From contig JASGJN010000026.1 in NCBI GenBank assembly GCA_049840735.1, positions 512,001-576,000 on the forward strand: a stretch of DNA of 64,000 nt, read 5' to 3'. Source of the stretch: Anaeromyxobacter sp. (GTDB lineage Bacteria > Myxococcota > Myxococcia > Myxococcales > Anaeromyxobacteraceae). Position 1 is the first letter of the stretch, and every line of letters starts with the position of its first letter. The notes under the pieces were generated by a model. It was not told where the DNA came from. It did no database searches and was given only the letters and a program-made list of their open reading frames with translations. The translations under genes were made by a program, and so were the position numbers. Below are positions 46,582 through 57,118 of this stretch, piece by piece.

Positions 46582-49500
46582 TTGAAGAAGAACGGTCGAG
46601 GCAGCAGCCGTGCCCCGGGCACGGGGACGGTGAAGCGGAAGGCCAAGGCGCGCAAGCCATCCCCCGCGCCGGCCCTGCGCCGGGCGGAGAGACCGGGCCG
46701 CTCCCGCTCCCAGCCGGCACCACATCAGGACCCGGAGCTCGCCTCCAGGCCGGCCATGCCCGGCCCGCAAGATGGCCCCACGCCGGAGCCCCGCCCGTCC
46801 GCTCCGGCAGCCGGTACCCTGTCGGTGGTGGGGATCGGCGCCTCGGCCGGCGGCCTGGAGGCGCTGGAGCAGTTCCTGTCCAACGCCCCGGCCGGGAGCG
46901 GCCTGGCCTACGTGGTGGTGCAGCACCTGGATCCGCAGGACCGCGGAGGGATGGTGCCGCTGCTCCAGCGCGTGACGCAGATGCCCGTCGAGCAGGCGCG
47001 CGACGGCCAGCGGGTGGCGCCCGACCACGTCTACGTCATCCCGCCGAACGAGGAGCTCTCCATCCTCCATGGCGTGCTCCACCTCCTGCCGCGGCGAGCC
47101 GTCGGCGTGCACCTCCCGGTGGACCACTTCTTCCGGACGCTGGCCGAGGACCGCCTGGATCGCTCCCTGGGCGTGATCCTCTCCGGCATGGGGACCGACG
47201 GCACGCTCGGCCTGCGCGCCATCAAGGAGAAGGGCGGCGCCACGTTCGTGCAGGCGCTGGCCTCCGCCAAGTTCGACGGGATGCCCCGGAGCGCGGTCGA
47301 GGCCGGCCTGGCGGACGTGGTGGCGGACGCCCGCGAGCTGCCCGCCCGCATCCTGGCCTTCGTCCGTCACGCGACCCATGCCCTGCCCGAGGTGGCCGTG
47401 GCCGAGGAGCGGCAGCTGAGCGCGCTGGCCAAGGTGTTCATCCTGCTGCGCACCCAGACCGGCAACGACTTCTCGGTCTACAAGCGGAGCACCGTCATCC
47501 GCCGCATCGAGCGGCGCATGGGCATCCACCAGATCGACAAGCTCTCGAGCTACGTCCGCTTCCTGCGCGAGAACCCGAAGGAGATCGAGCTGCTCTTCCA
47601 GGAGCTGCTCATCGGGGTGACCAGCTTCTTCCGCGACCCGCCGGCCTGGGACCACCTGCGCGCGCAGGTGATCCCGGCGCTCCTGGCCTCCCGGCCGGCC
47701 GGCACGCTCCGGGCCTGGGTCCCCGGCTGCTCCACCGGCGAGGAGGCCTACTCGCTGGCCATCGCCCTGCGCGAGGCGCTGGACCAGCGCGAGGGCGGCC
47801 TCAGCCTGAGCATCCAGATCTTCGCCACCGACCTCGACGCCGAGGCCATCGAGAAGGCGCGGGCCGGGATCTACCCGGCCAACATCGCCGCCGACGTCTC
47901 GCCGGAGCGGCTGCGCCGCTTCTTCGTGCAGGACGACCGCGGCTTCCGCGTCAGCAAGGAGATCCGCGAGCTGGTGGTGTTCGCGCCGCAGAACATCACC
48001 ATGGACCCGCCCTTCACCCGGCTCGACATCCTCTCCTGCCGCAACCTGCTCATCTACCTCTCGGCCGAGGTGCAGAAGAAGCTCATCCCGCTCTTCCACT
48101 ACGCGCTCAACCCGGGCGGCGTGCTCTTCCTGGGCAGCGCCGAGACGGTGGGGGCGTTCGGGGCGCACTTCCGGCCGCTGGACGGCAAGACCCGCATCTA
48201 CGAGCGGCTGGAGCTGGCCGGCGCGCAGGCGCCGGTGGAGTTCTTCTCGCGCTACGCCGCCCCGGCGCTCGGGCCGGGCGCAGAGCAGGAGGGAGACGCA
48301 GCGCCCGTGCGCGGGCCTGCGCCCAACCTGCAGGCCCTGGCCGACCGGCTGATCCTGCAGCGCTACGCCCCCTCCGCCGTGCTCACCACCGAGAAGGGCG
48401 ACATCGTCTACATCAGCGGCCGCACCGGGAAGTACCTGGAGCCGGCGGCTGGGCGCGCCAACCTGAACATCTTCGCCATGGCGCGCGAGGGGCTCCGCTA
48501 CGAGCTGCAGGCGGCGTTCGCCGCCGCGCTGCGCGACGACCACGCGGTGCAGGTGCGGGGCGTCCGCGTGGGCAACAACGGCGGCGCGCAGCTGGTGGAT
48601 CTCACGGTGCAGCGGCTGACCGCGCCGCGCGAGCTGGCCAGCACGGTGATGGTGGTGCTGGCGGACGCGCCGGCCGCCGAGGCGCAGGCGCGCGCCCCGC
48701 ACCGGCTCAAGGCCAACGCCCGGGCCGCCGAGCTGGCCGCCGAGCTGCAGCGGACGCAGGACGAGCTGCAGTCCACCCGCGAGGAGATGCAGACCTCGCA
48801 GGAGGAGCTCAAGTCGATGAACGAGGAGCTCCAGTCCACCAACGAGGAGCTCCAGTCCACCAACGAGGAGCTGACCACCTCGAAGGAGGAGATGCAGTCG
48901 ATGAACGAGGAGCTGCAGACCGTGAACCACGAGCTGCAGGCCAAGGTGGACGAGCTGTCGCGGTCGAACAACGACATGAAGAACCTGTTCAACAGCACCG
49001 ACATCGCCACCCTCTTCCTGGACGGCGAGCTGCTGGTCCGCCGCTTCACCATCCAGACGTCCAAGCTCATCAAGCTCATCCCCGGCGACACCGGCCGCCC
49101 CATCACCGACATCGCCACCGAGCTGGACTACCCGGACCTGGCGGAGGATGCGCGCGAGGTGCTGCGCACGCTGGTGTTCAAGGAGAAGCAGGTCTCCTCC
49201 CGCTCCGGCCGCTGGTTCGTGGTCCGCATCCTGCCGTACCGGACGCTGGAGAACGTCATCGACGGCGTGGTGATCACCTTCACCGACGTGACCGCCACCA
49301 AGCTCCTGGAGGCGAAGCTCCGGGACCAGGCCAGCGAGCTGCGCCAGATGACCGACTCGCTCCCGGCGCTGGTCTGGGGCTGCCGGACCGACGGGGCCTG
49401 CGACTTCCTCAGCCGCCAGTGGCTCGAGTACACCGGGGCCTCGGAGTCCGAGCACCTGGGCTACGGCTGGCTCGATCAGGTGCACCCTGAGGACCGCGAC

Positions 49501-49740
49501 CGCGTCCGGGAGGCCTGGCGGACCGCCGTCCGGTCGGGTGCTCCATTCGACACCGAGGAGCGGATCCTCGGCCGCAATGGGGCCCACCGCTGGTTCAAGA
49601 CCCGCTCCATCCCCATTCGCGATGAGCAGGGTGCGATCGCGAAGTGGTACGGAACACACACGGATGTCGATGACCTCAAGCGTGCGGCGGATCGCGCCGG
49701 CTTCCCGACGAAGGGGGAAGCCGGAGGGCCGACCGCCTGA
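46582..49740 (+). CDS. CheB-CheR fusion with coiled coil and PAS domains (start uncertain, possibly 46756)
   Basis: GASAGG/VQHL/GMGTDG (CheB), GCSTGEEAYS/CRNLLIY (CheR), EELQSTNEEL repeats, PAS. Confidence 0.92.
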   Translation: MKKNGRGSSRAPGTGTVKRKAKARKPSPAPALRRAERPGRSRSQPAPHQDPELASRPAMPGPQDGPTPEPRPSAPAAGTLSVVGIGASAGGLEALEQFLSNAPAGSGLAYVVVQHLDPQDRGGMVPLLQRVTQMPVEQARDGQRVAPDHVYVIPPNEELSILHGVLHLLPRRAVGVHLPVDHFFRTLAEDRLDRSLGVILSGMGTDGTLGLRAIKEKGGATFVQALASAKFDGMPRSAVEAGLADVVADARELPARILAFVRHATHALPEVAVAEERQLSALAKVFILLRTQTGNDFSVYKRSTVIRRIERRMGIHQIDKLSSYVRFLRENPKEIELLFQELLIGVTSFFRDPPAWDHLRAQVIPALLASRPAGTLRAWVPGCSTGEEAYSLAIALREALDQREGGLSLSIQIFATDLDAEAIEKARAGIYPANIAADVSPERLRRFFVQDDRGFRVSKEIRELVVFAPQNITMDPPFTRLDILSCRNLLIYLSAEVQKKLIPLFHYALNPGGVLFLGSAETVGAFGAHFRPLDGKTRIYERLELAGAQAPVEFFSRYAAPALGPGAEQEGDAAPVRGPAPNLQALADRLILQRYAPSAVLTTEKGDIVYISGRTGKYLEPAAGRANLNIFAMAREGLRYELQAAFAAALRDDHAVQVRGVRVGNNGGAQLVDLTVQRLTAPRELASTVMVVLADAPAAEAQARAPHRLKANARAAELAAELQRTQDELQSTREEMQTSQEELKSMNEELQSTNEELQSTNEELTTSKEEMQSMNEELQTVNHELQAKVDELSRSNNDMKNLFNSTDIATLFLDGELLVRRFTIQTSKLIKLIPGDTGRPITDIATELDYPDLAEDAREVLRTLVFKEKQVSSRSGRWFVVRILPYRTLENVIDGVVITFTDVTATKLLEAKLRDQASELRQMTDSLPALVWGCRTDGACDFLSRQWLEYTGASESEHLGYGWLDQVHPEDRDRVREAWRTAVRSGAPFDTEERILGRNGAHRWFKTRSIPIRDEQGAIAKWYGTHTDVDDLKRAADRAGFPTKGEAGGPTA

Positions 49741-49752
49741 GAAGGAGGTCAT

Positions 49753-51462
49753 GTGAAGCGGCGGGGAGGCAAGCCAGCGCAGCTCAGGGCGCGGGCCGAG
49801 CGGCAGCTGGCGGAGGCCCCCGCTTCGCCCCGCCCCGTCGGCGGCAGCGGCGAGGACCTGCACCGGCTGCTTCACGAGCTGCAGGTGCACCAGGTCGAGC
49901 TCGAGCTGCAGAACGAGGAGCTGGTAGGCTCCAGGACGGAGATCGAGGAGCTGCTGCGCCGCTACACCGAGCTCTTCGACCACGCGCCCATCGGCTACCT
50001 GCACGTGGACGCAGTGGGGCGGATCACCCGCGCCAACTTCTCCGCCGCCCGGCTGCTGGACGCGCCTCGCGGCCTGCTGGTCGGGCGCAGCGTGGCCTCC
50101 TTCGTGGCCGAGCGGGACCAGCGCAGGCTCCAGGCCTTCCTCGCGGGGCTGCTGACCAGGAGCGAGGAGGAGGTGCCGGCCGCCACCGGCGAGTTCGCGC
50201 TCAACCGGACCACCGGCGGCGCGCTCGACGTGCAGCTCACCGGCGCCCTGCTGGCGGGACCTGTGCCCTCCGCGCTGCTGGCCGCCGAGGACGTGACCGC
50301 GCGCCGCCGGGCCGAGCGGCAGCTGGCGGCCGAGGCGGAGCGCAAGGATCAGTTCCTGGCCGCGCTCTCCCACGAGCTGCGCAACCCGCTCGCGCCCATC
50401 CGCAACGCCCTCCCGCTGCTCCGGCGCATGGTGCCGGACAGCCCCCCGGCCGAGCGCTGCCTGACGGTGATCGACCGGCAGGTCACGCACCTCACGCGCA
50501 TGGTGGAGGACCTGCTGGACGTGACCCGCATCGCCCGCGGCCGGGTCGAGCTGCGGCGGGAGCGGGTGGACCTGGGGTCCCAGGTCGCGCGCACGGTCGA
50601 GGATCACCGGGCCACCTTCGACGCGGCCGGCGTGGAGCTGGCGTGCGATCTTTCCAAGGGACCATGCTGGGTGGACGCCGACCCCGCGCGCCTGGCGCAG
50701 GTGCTGGGCAACCTGCTGGGCAACGCGGTCAAGTTCACCGGGCGCGGCGGGCGGGTGGACGTGCGGGTGGATCGCGCGGGCGGCCGCGCGATGCTGCGGG
50801 TCCTCGACGACGGCGTGGGGATCCCTCAGGACGTGATCGGGCACGTCTTCGAGCCGTTCACCCAGGCGCCGCAGACGCTGGAGCGGACCCGCGGCGGGCT
50901 GGGGCTCGGGCTGGCCATGGTGAAGGGGCTGGTGGAGCTGCACGGCGGCACCGTCGAGGTGCGAAGCGCGGGCGCGGGGAGCGGCGCCGAGTTCGTGGTG
51001 AAGCTGCCGCTGGCGCAGGGCGGGCCCGCTGCGCGGACGGCGCACGGGCCGGTGACGCTGGGGCCGCCGCGCCGGGTGCTGATCATCGACGACAACGAGG
51101 ACGCGGCGACCACGCTGCAGGATCTCCTGACGCTGGCCGGCCACGAGGTGCGGACCGCGCTCGACGGGCCGGCGGGCCTGCAGGAGGCCGGCCGGTTCTA
51201 CCCCGAGCTGGTCATCTGCGACATCGGCCTGCCCACGCTGGACGGCTACGGGGTGGCCCGCGCCCTGCGGTCCGGCGAGGCCTGCCCGGGCGCCTGGCTG
51301 GTGGCCATGAGCGGCTACGCCACGCGCGAGGACGCGGAGCGCTCCCGCCAGGCGGGGTTCGATCGCCACGTGGCCAAGCCGGCCTCGGTGGAGCGGCTGG
51401 AGGCCATCTTCGCGGAGGCGCCGTCCCAGCCGCGCGACTCCGGGGGCCCGGCGCAGCCCTGA
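49753..51462 (+). CDS. Hybrid PAS sensor kinase/response regulator
   Basis: HELQVHQVELELQNEEL, SHELRNPL, NAVKF, GLGLGL, receiver CDIGLP. Confidence 0.92.
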   Translation: MKRRGGKPAQLRARAERQLAEAPASPRPVGGSGEDLHRLLHELQVHQVELELQNEELVGSRTEIEELLRRYTELFDHAPIGYLHVDAVGRITRANFSAARLLDAPRGLLVGRSVASFVAERDQRRLQAFLAGLLTRSEEEVPAATGEFALNRTTGGALDVQLTGALLAGPVPSALLAAEDVTARRRAERQLAAEAERKDQFLAALSHELRNPLAPIRNALPLLRRMVPDSPPAERCLTVIDRQVTHLTRMVEDLLDVTRIARGRVELRRERVDLGSQVARTVEDHRATFDAAGVELACDLSKGPCWVDADPARLAQVLGNLLGNAVKFTGRGGRVDVRVDRAGGRAMLRVLDDGVGIPQDVIGHVFEPFTQAPQTLERTRGGLGLGLAMVKGLVELHGGTVEVRSAGAGSGAEFVVKLPLAQGGPAARTAHGPVTLGPPRRVLIIDDNEDAATTLQDLLTLAGHEVRTALDGPAGLQEAGRFYPELVICDIGLPTLDGYGVARALRSGEACPGAWLVAMSGYATREDAERSRQAGFDRHVAKPASVERLEAIFAEAPSQPRDSGGPAQP

Positions 51463-52458
51463 TCACGCCGGCGTGCCGGGGCTGGCCTCCTCCTCTCCGG
51501 GCTCGCCGGCCTCGTCCACCCGCTCCCCCCCGCGCAGCAAGAGCCCGCGGAGCAGATCGGCCTGGCGGAGCAGGTCCTGCTCCTTCTGCTCGAACCGGTC
51601 CACCAGCCCAGGGTTCGGCTGGTGGCGGGCCAGCCGCCGGCTCAGCGCCGCGCTCTCCTCCAGCGCGCGCACCGAGGCCCAGAGCGCGCGCTCCACGTCC
51701 TCGCTCTGCTCGTGGACCAGGTTCTCCAGCGAGAAGGCGTGGCCCACGTGGCAGCGGAAGCTCCGGTGCTGCCCGACGTTCGCCTCGGTGAGCACGCCGT
51801 GGCAGGACGGGCAGACGAACTCCGCCGGGGCGCCGCGCCGGAGCCCCTCCATGGCCTCGAGCCCGGGCGCGGCGGCGACGTCCGAGGTGGCCGGCTCGGC
51901 GACCAGGCGCGTCAGCAGGCCCGGCAGCTCGGCCGGCGCCACCACGTGGTCCGCGCCAACGCGCTGGAGGACGTGGCGCGGCATCTCGGGCACCGTCGCG
52001 GTGTCCGGGTCCTGCACCACCGCCACGCCGCCGCGGGCCCGCACCGACATCATCCCGGCGGTGCCGCAGTCCTGGTAGCCGGACAGCACCACGCCCACCA
52101 CGCGAGCGCCGAAGGCCCAGGAAGCCGTGCGGAAGAGCGGATCCACCGCCGGCCGGTGGCCGTTCTCGCGGGGGCCGCGCACCACGTCGATGCGGTCCGG
52201 GCGCAGCAGCAGGTGGTTGTCCGGCGGCGCAACGTAGATGCGCCCGGGGACCAGCCGGTCGCCGTGCTGAGGGTGGACCGCCTCGAGCGACCCCCTGCGG
52301 CTGATCAGCTCGGGGAGCGTGCTGGCGTAGCCCGGCGCGGTGTGGATGACGACGAAGATCGCGGCCGGAATGCTGGGCGGGAGCTCCGCGGCCAGGTCCA
52401 GCAGCAGCTCGACTCCGCCGGCGGAGGCCCCGATCACCACCACGTCTCGCCTGGACAT
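51463..52458 (-). CDS. CheB-like methylesterase with C-terminal Cys/His domain
   Basis: GASAGG, VIH, HRPAVDPLF, CPSCHG, FRCHVGH. Confidence 0.88.
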   Translation of the reverse strand: MSRRDVVVIGASAGGVELLLDLAAELPPSIPAAIFVVIHTAPGYASTLPELISRRGSLEAVHPQHGDRLVPGRIYVAPPDNHLLLRPDRIDVVRGPRENGHRPAVDPLFRTASWAFGARVVGVVLSGYQDCGTAGMMSVRARGGVAVVQDPDTATVPEMPRHVLQRVGADHVVAPAELPGLLTRLVAEPATSDVAAAPGLEAMEGLRRGAPAEFVCPSCHGVLTEANVGQHRSFRCHVGHAFSLENLVHEQSEDVERALWASVRALEESAALSRRLARHQPNPGLVDRFEQKEQDLLRQADLLRGLLLRGGERVDEAGEPGEEEASPGTPA

Positions 52459-52590
52459 GGTGAAAGGTGGGGCCGGGCGACCTGGCCCGCCCGCCCGCCC
52501 GGCCGCCGGCATGCGGAGCCCTCCAGCGAGGAGGCCCGCCGGCGTGGACCGGCGGGCCTCGGTGGACTGGACTGCGGAAGCGGACGGGCG

Positions 52591-53775
52591 CTACTTCGCC
52601 GTGTAAGGCCGCCGGTTCAGCTTGAGCTTCCAGATCCGGAAGTTCGGCACCGGCGGGTCGTCGAAGTCCATGGCGCCGTCCACCCAGAGGTGCAGGTGGT
52701 TGGAGGCCACGTAGAGCGAGCCGTCCGGCCCCCAGGAGAGCGTGTCGGGCCAGGACATCTCGGGGTGGATGAAGAGCGTGCGGACCTGGCCGGTCTTCGC
52801 GTCGCGCGTCTGCAGGCCGTTGAGCATCAGCGCGGTGGCGATCACGTTGCCGTCGCGGTCGGCGGTCATGCCGTCGGTGTTGGACAGCAGGGTGGTGACC
52901 TTCGTCACCGCCATTCGCAGGTCGGCCTCGCTGGCCTTCGGGTCGCGCAGGAGCGCGGTCGGGAGCGAGTAGAGGACGTTGCCAGTGAGGGTGGTCCAGT
53001 AGAGGGTCTTCTTGTCACCGGAGAGCGCGATGCCGTCGGCGCCGGTGCGCATGGCGTTCTTCTCCAGCACCGGACGGTTGTCGATGCGGAAGACGAAGCC
53101 GGCCTGGTCGTTGGTGAAGACGGTGCGGTCGAGGATGCGGCGGGCCTTGTTGGCCTTGCTGTCGTAGACGATCAGGCCGCCGTCGAGCGGGTCGCAGAAG
53201 ATGCCGGAGTCGGCGATGTAGGCGAAGCCGGTGTCGTTGTCGACCGCGACGTCGTTCAGGAACGAGCACTTCTTGTCGGAGTCCTTGTCGGTGAAGACGT
53301 AGCGCTGGAGCTCCTTGTTGGCCTTGAGGTCCCAGAGGATCAGCTTCTCGGCGCCGGGCTTGGAGGGCGCGCCGGCCACGTGGCCCTGGTCCAGGATCCA
53401 CATCACGTCGTTGCGGTCGATCTCGAAGCCCAGCACCGCCTGGAGCGCCTCGGGGTTGTTCGGGTCGTTCATGGCCAGGCTGGGGAACGGCTGCAGCAGC
53501 TTCTTGCCGTTCTTCTCCACCACCTTGGAGAGCGTGGCCGGGACCTCGGGGCCGCCCCACCGCGCGGTGGAGACGTAGACGTTGCCCTTCGAGTCCACCT
53601 TCACGCCCTGCATCAGGGCCTTCTTGTAGGCCTGCCCCTCCGCCGACGGCACGTCGTACGGGAGCGAGTTCCACTCTGCGACGATCTCGTACTCCACGTT
53701 TCCGGCGGTGGCCGCGCGCGAGGGTGACGGCGCGGCCAGGGCGAGCAGGGCGGCGAGCAGCACGAAGCGGTTCAT
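52591..53775 (-). CDS. Major royal jelly/yellow-like beta-propeller protein
   Basis: Signal peptide, WILDQG, LNDVAVD, AYIADS, DGIALS, WPDT. Confidence 0.82.
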   Translation of the reverse strand: MNRFVLLAALLALAAPSPSRAATAGNVEYEIVAEWNSLPYDVPSAEGQAYKKALMQGVKVDSKGNVYVSTARWGGPEVPATLSKVVEKNGKKLLQPFPSLAMNDPNNPEALQAVLGFEIDRNDVMWILDQGHVAGAPSKPGAEKLILWDLKANKELQRYVFTDKDSDKKCSFLNDVAVDNDTGFAYIADSGIFCDPLDGGLIVYDSKANKARRILDRTVFTNDQAGFVFRIDNRPVLEKNAMRTGADGIALSGDKKTLYWTTLTGNVLYSLPTALLRDPKASEADLRMAVTKVTTLLSNTDGMTADRDGNVIATALMLNGLQTRDAKTGQVRTLFIHPEMSWPDTLSWGPDGSLYVASNHLHLWVDGAMDFDDPPVPNFRIWKLKLNRRPYTAK

Positions 53776-53820
53776 GGACGACCTCCTGGGGTCAGACGGC
53801 ACGGGCGACGGTGCGACGGG

Positions 53821-54750
53821 TCACGGCGACTGCGAGAGCGCGGCTTCGACCTCGGCGCGGCGCGGGATGGGCGCCACCGCGCCGTGGCCGAGGGTGGAGA
53901 GGGCGGCGGCGCAGTTGGCCCACGCGGCCGCGGCGAAGGGATCGGCGCCGCGCGCCAGCTGCGCGAGGAAGGCGCCGTCGAAGGTGTCCCCGGCACCGGT
54001 GGCGTCCACCGCCTGCACCGGCCGGCCGGGGATGCGGCGGCGCTCGGCGGCGGACGCCACCCAGGCGCCGGCCGCGCCGCACTTCAGCACCACCAGCGGC
54101 GCCCCCAGCCCGAGGTAGAAGGAGAGGATCCGCTCCGGGTCCTCGAGCCCGGTCAGCGCGGCGGCGTCCTCCAGCGAGGGCAGGAGCACGTCGCAGAGCG
54201 GCACGGTGGCGTGGACCACGGCGCGGGCCCGCTCCAGCGGCCAGAGCTTGAGCCTGAGGTTGGTGTCGTAGGAGACGCGGGTGCCGGCGGCGCGGGCCTG
54301 GCGCGCGGCGGCGAAGACGGCGTCGCAGGCGCTGGCGCTGATGGCCTGGCTGATCCCGGAGACGTGCAGCCAGCGCGCGCCGGCCAGGTCCGCCGGGACG
54401 TCGGCCGGGGACAGGCGGCTGGCCGCCGAACCGGCCCGCAGGTAGCTGAAGGCGTGGCCGGCCGGGCCGTGCGTGACGAAGTAGACGCCGGTGTGGGCGG
54501 CCGGGTCCCGCTTCACCAGCGCCGTGTCCACGCCCTCGCGCCGCCACAGCTCCAGCAGCAGCTCGCCGAAGGGATCCTGGCCCACCGCGCTCAGGTAGCC
54601 CGCCCGCGCCCCCTGGCGGGCGGCGGCGATGGCCACGTTGGAGGTGTCGCCGCCGAAGCCCTGCAGGTAGACGGGCGGCTCGCCGGCCTTCGACGGGAGC
54701 TGGTTCAGCTCCACCATGGCCTCGCCGAGGCAGAGGACGTCGAGCTCCAT
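53821..54750 (-). CDS. kdgK: PfkB sugar kinase, 2-keto-3-deoxygluconate kinase-like
   Basis: GGDTSN, YDTNLR, DATGAGDTF. Confidence 0.8.
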   Translation of the reverse strand: MELDVLCLGEAMVELNQLPSKAGEPPVYLQGFGGDTSNVAIAAARQGARAGYLSAVGQDPFGELLLELWRREGVDTALVKRDPAAHTGVYFVTHGPAGHAFSYLRAGSAASRLSPADVPADLAGARWLHVSGISQAISASACDAVFAAARQARAAGTRVSYDTNLRLKLWPLERARAVVHATVPLCDVLLPSLEDAAALTGLEDPERILSFYLGLGAPLVVLKCGAAGAWVASAAERRRIPGRPVQAVDATGAGDTFDGAFLAQLARGADPFAAAAWANCAAALSTLGHGAVAPIPRRAEVEAALSQSP

Positions 54751-54757
54751 GGGGCCC

Positions 54758-55408
54758 TCAAATCCGGTTGTAGCGGGCCAGCCCCTGGCGGAGGGACTTG
54801 GCCTCGATGATGAGCCTGGCCTGCTCCAGCTCGCGCTTGTCGATCTCCTGGGCCATGGCCAGCACCGCCTCGGCGTGGGCCCGCGGCACGATCACCGCGC
54901 CGTCCACGTCGGCCACCACCAGGTCGCCGGGGTGGACCAGCACCGGGCCGATGGGCACCGGCACGTTGGCGGCCAGCGTCTTGAAGCGGCCCAGCGTGGT
55001 GGCCGGGCAGACCGCGCGCGCGTAGACCGGGAAGTCGTAGTCGCGCCGGATCTCGGCGATGTCGCGGACCGCGCCGTCCAGGATGGCCCCGGCGTGGCCG
55101 TTGGCCACCGCGCCGGCGGTCATGAGGCCGCCCCACACCGCCACGTCCTTCACGCCGCCGATGGAGATGACCAGCACGCTGCCGGCCGGCGACTCGTCGA
55201 TCAGGTCGAGCGCGTGGGTGGGCGGCAGGAGCTCGTCGGTGGGTCCCTCCAGCACGGTCACGGCCGGCCCCACCACCTTCTTCTCGTTGATGCGCGGCCG
55301 GATCTCGTGGTCGAGGAAGCCGCGGCGGCCGGCGACCTTGTCGACGGCGTCGGAGACCGAGGCGGTGGCCACCTCGCGGAATCCGGCGATGAGCGCTTCG
55401 AGGGTCAT
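54758..55408 (-). CDS. RraA / HMG-aldolase family protein
   Basis: VSDA, GPAVTV, AVWGGLM, DGAVRD, GDLVVADVDG. Confidence 0.85.
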   Translation of the reverse strand: MTLEALIAGFREVATASVSDAVDKVAGRRGFLDHEIRPRINEKKVVGPAVTVLEGPTDELLPPTHALDLIDESPAGSVLVISIGGVKDVAVWGGLMTAGAVANGHAGAILDGAVRDIAEIRRDYDFPVYARAVCPATTLGRFKTLAANVPVPIGPVLVHPGDLVVADVDGAVIVPRAHAEAVLAMAQEIDKRELEQARLIIEAKSLRQGLARYNRI

Positions 55409-55440
55409 GGCGATGCGTCCTTCCTTGCGGCGAGGGTGGG

Positions 55441-56115
55441 TCAGTCGTCGAGGGCCGGGGGCGGCTGGGCCGAGCGGGCCCGGTCGCGGGCCTCCAGCAG
55501 CGCGCGGGCCACCGCGGTCACGGCGGCGTGGTGCCCCTTGCGGATGGCGGGCTCGTTCACCAGCTCGCCGCCCACGCCGGCGAAGGCGGCGCCGGCGGCC
55601 AGGTAGGCGCCCACCGTGTCCGGGCCGATCCCCCCGGTGGGCGCCAGCGGCACGCCGGGGAAGACCGAGCGGAGCGCGCGGATGTGGCCCGGCCCGCCCA
55701 TGCTGGAGGCGGGGAAGACCTTGACCGCGTCGGCGCCGGCGCGCGAGGCGGCCAGCACCTCGGTGGGCGTGAGCGCGCCCAGCACGCAGGCGACGTCGGC
55801 AGCCCGGCAGGCCTCGGCCACCTCCGGCGCCAGGCAGGGCGAGACCACGTAGGCCGCGCCGGCCGCCACGCAGCTGCGCGCCGCGCCCGCGTCGAGCACG
55901 GTGCCGGCGCCGACCAGCAGCCCAGGGCGCTTCGCCAGCTGCTCGATCAGCCCCAGGGCGCCGGGGATGGTGAGGGTGATCTCGAAGGTCGAGAACCCCG
56001 CCTCCACCAGCCAGTCCACCGCGGTGGCGGCCACGGCCGCCTCGGTGGTGCGGATCACCGGCACCACCCCGTGGCGCACCAGCTCGGCCAGCACCTGGGG
56101 GGCGCGGGCGGTCAC
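55441..56115 (-). CDS. eda: KDPG/KHG aldolase
   Basis: VPVIR, FEIT, GAGTVL, TPTEV, KVFPA, PTGG. Confidence 0.88.
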   Translation of the reverse strand: MTARAPQVLAELVRHGVVPVIRTTEAAVAATAVDWLVEAGFSTFEITLTIPGALGLIEQLAKRPGLLVGAGTVLDAGAARSCVAAGAAYVVSPCLAPEVAEACRAADVACVLGALTPTEVLAASRAGADAVKVFPASSMGGPGHIRALRSVFPGVPLAPTGGIGPDTVGAYLAAGAAFAGVGGELVNEPAIRKGHHAAVTAVARALLEARDRARSAQPPPALDD

Positions 56116-57095
56116 GGGGCGGCCCCCGGCCAGCGGTTCACCCAGCTCCTGGGCAGCTCGCCGCGCAGCACGCGGGCCACCTCCTCCGCGGCCTTGCGCT
56201 GCAGGTCCACCACCGAGCCCTCCGAGTACCAGGCGGTGTGGTCGGTGAGCACGGCGTTGTCGAGCGCGAAGAGCGGGTTGTCGCGCGCCGGCGGCTCCTG
56301 CTCGTACACGTCCAGCCCGGCGCCGAAGAGCCGCCGCTCGCGCAGCGCGGCCACCAGGGCGGCCTCGTCCACGAGCCCGCCGCGCGAGGTGTTGACCAGG
56401 ACGGCGGTGGGCTTCATGCGCGCCAGCTGCGGCGCGCCCAGCAGGTGGCGGGTGGCGGGGAGGAGCGGGGCGTGGAGCGAGACCACGTCCGCCTCCGCCA
56501 GCAGCTGGTCGAGCGGGACCAGCGCGGTCCCCTCCGGCGGGGCGGTGAGCACCGGGTCGTGCACCAGCACGCGGGCGAAGCCGAGCGCGGCGGCCTTGTG
56601 GTGGAAGGCCTGCCCGATGCGGCCGTAGCCCACCAGCCCAAGCACCTGGCCGCGCAGCCGGTACATGGGCTCGGCGCGGGCCACGTTCCAGGCGCCCTGG
56701 CGGGTGGCGCGGTCGCGGCTGGGGATGCGGCGCGCCACCGCCAGCAGGAGCGCCAGGGCGTGGTCGGAGACGTCGTCCACGCCGTAGTCCGGCACGTTGG
56801 CCACGTAGATGCGCCGGGCGGCGGCGGCGGCGCGGTCGATGTTGTCCACGCCCACGCCGCTGCGGACGATCACCTTGAAGTTCGCGCCCACGCCGGCGAT
56901 GGCGGCCGCGTCGATGGGGCTCTCGCGGACGATGGCGGCGTCGGCGCCGGCCATGGCCCGCCCCACCGCGGCGGCGTCGCCGCGGCAGTAGCTGGGCACC
57001 ACCTCGGCGCCCACCTCGGCCAGGATGGCCTGCTCGATGTCGTGGCTGCCGTACCCCTCGTCCAGCACCACCACCCGCCGCGTGCACGTGGTCAT
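56112..57095 (-). CDS. D-2-hydroxyacid dehydrogenase (CtBP-like)
   Basis: GVGVDNID, GYGRIG, NTSRG, DVYEQEP, HTAWYS. Confidence 0.9.
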   Translation of the reverse strand: MTTCTRRVVVLDEGYGSHDIEQAILAEVGAEVVPSYCRGDAAAVGRAMAGADAAIVRESPIDAAAIAGVGANFKVIVRSGVGVDNIDRAAAAARRIYVANVPDYGVDDVSDHALALLLAVARRIPSRDRATRQGAWNVARAEPMYRLRGQVLGLVGYGRIGQAFHHKAAALGFARVLVHDPVLTAPPEGTALVPLDQLLAEADVVSLHAPLLPATRHLLGAPQLARMKPTAVLVNTSRGGLVDEAALVAALRERRLFGAGLDVYEQEPPARDNPLFALDNAVLTDHTAWYSEGSVVDLQRKAAEEVARVLRGELPRSWVNRWPGAAP

Positions 57096-57118
57096 GGCGT
57101 CCTCGCTCGGTCCTGGGC

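Noticed and set aside
48761..48940. Tandem aacgaggagctccagtccacc repeats
   Set aside because: Encode the normal heptad coiled coil of CheBR proteins
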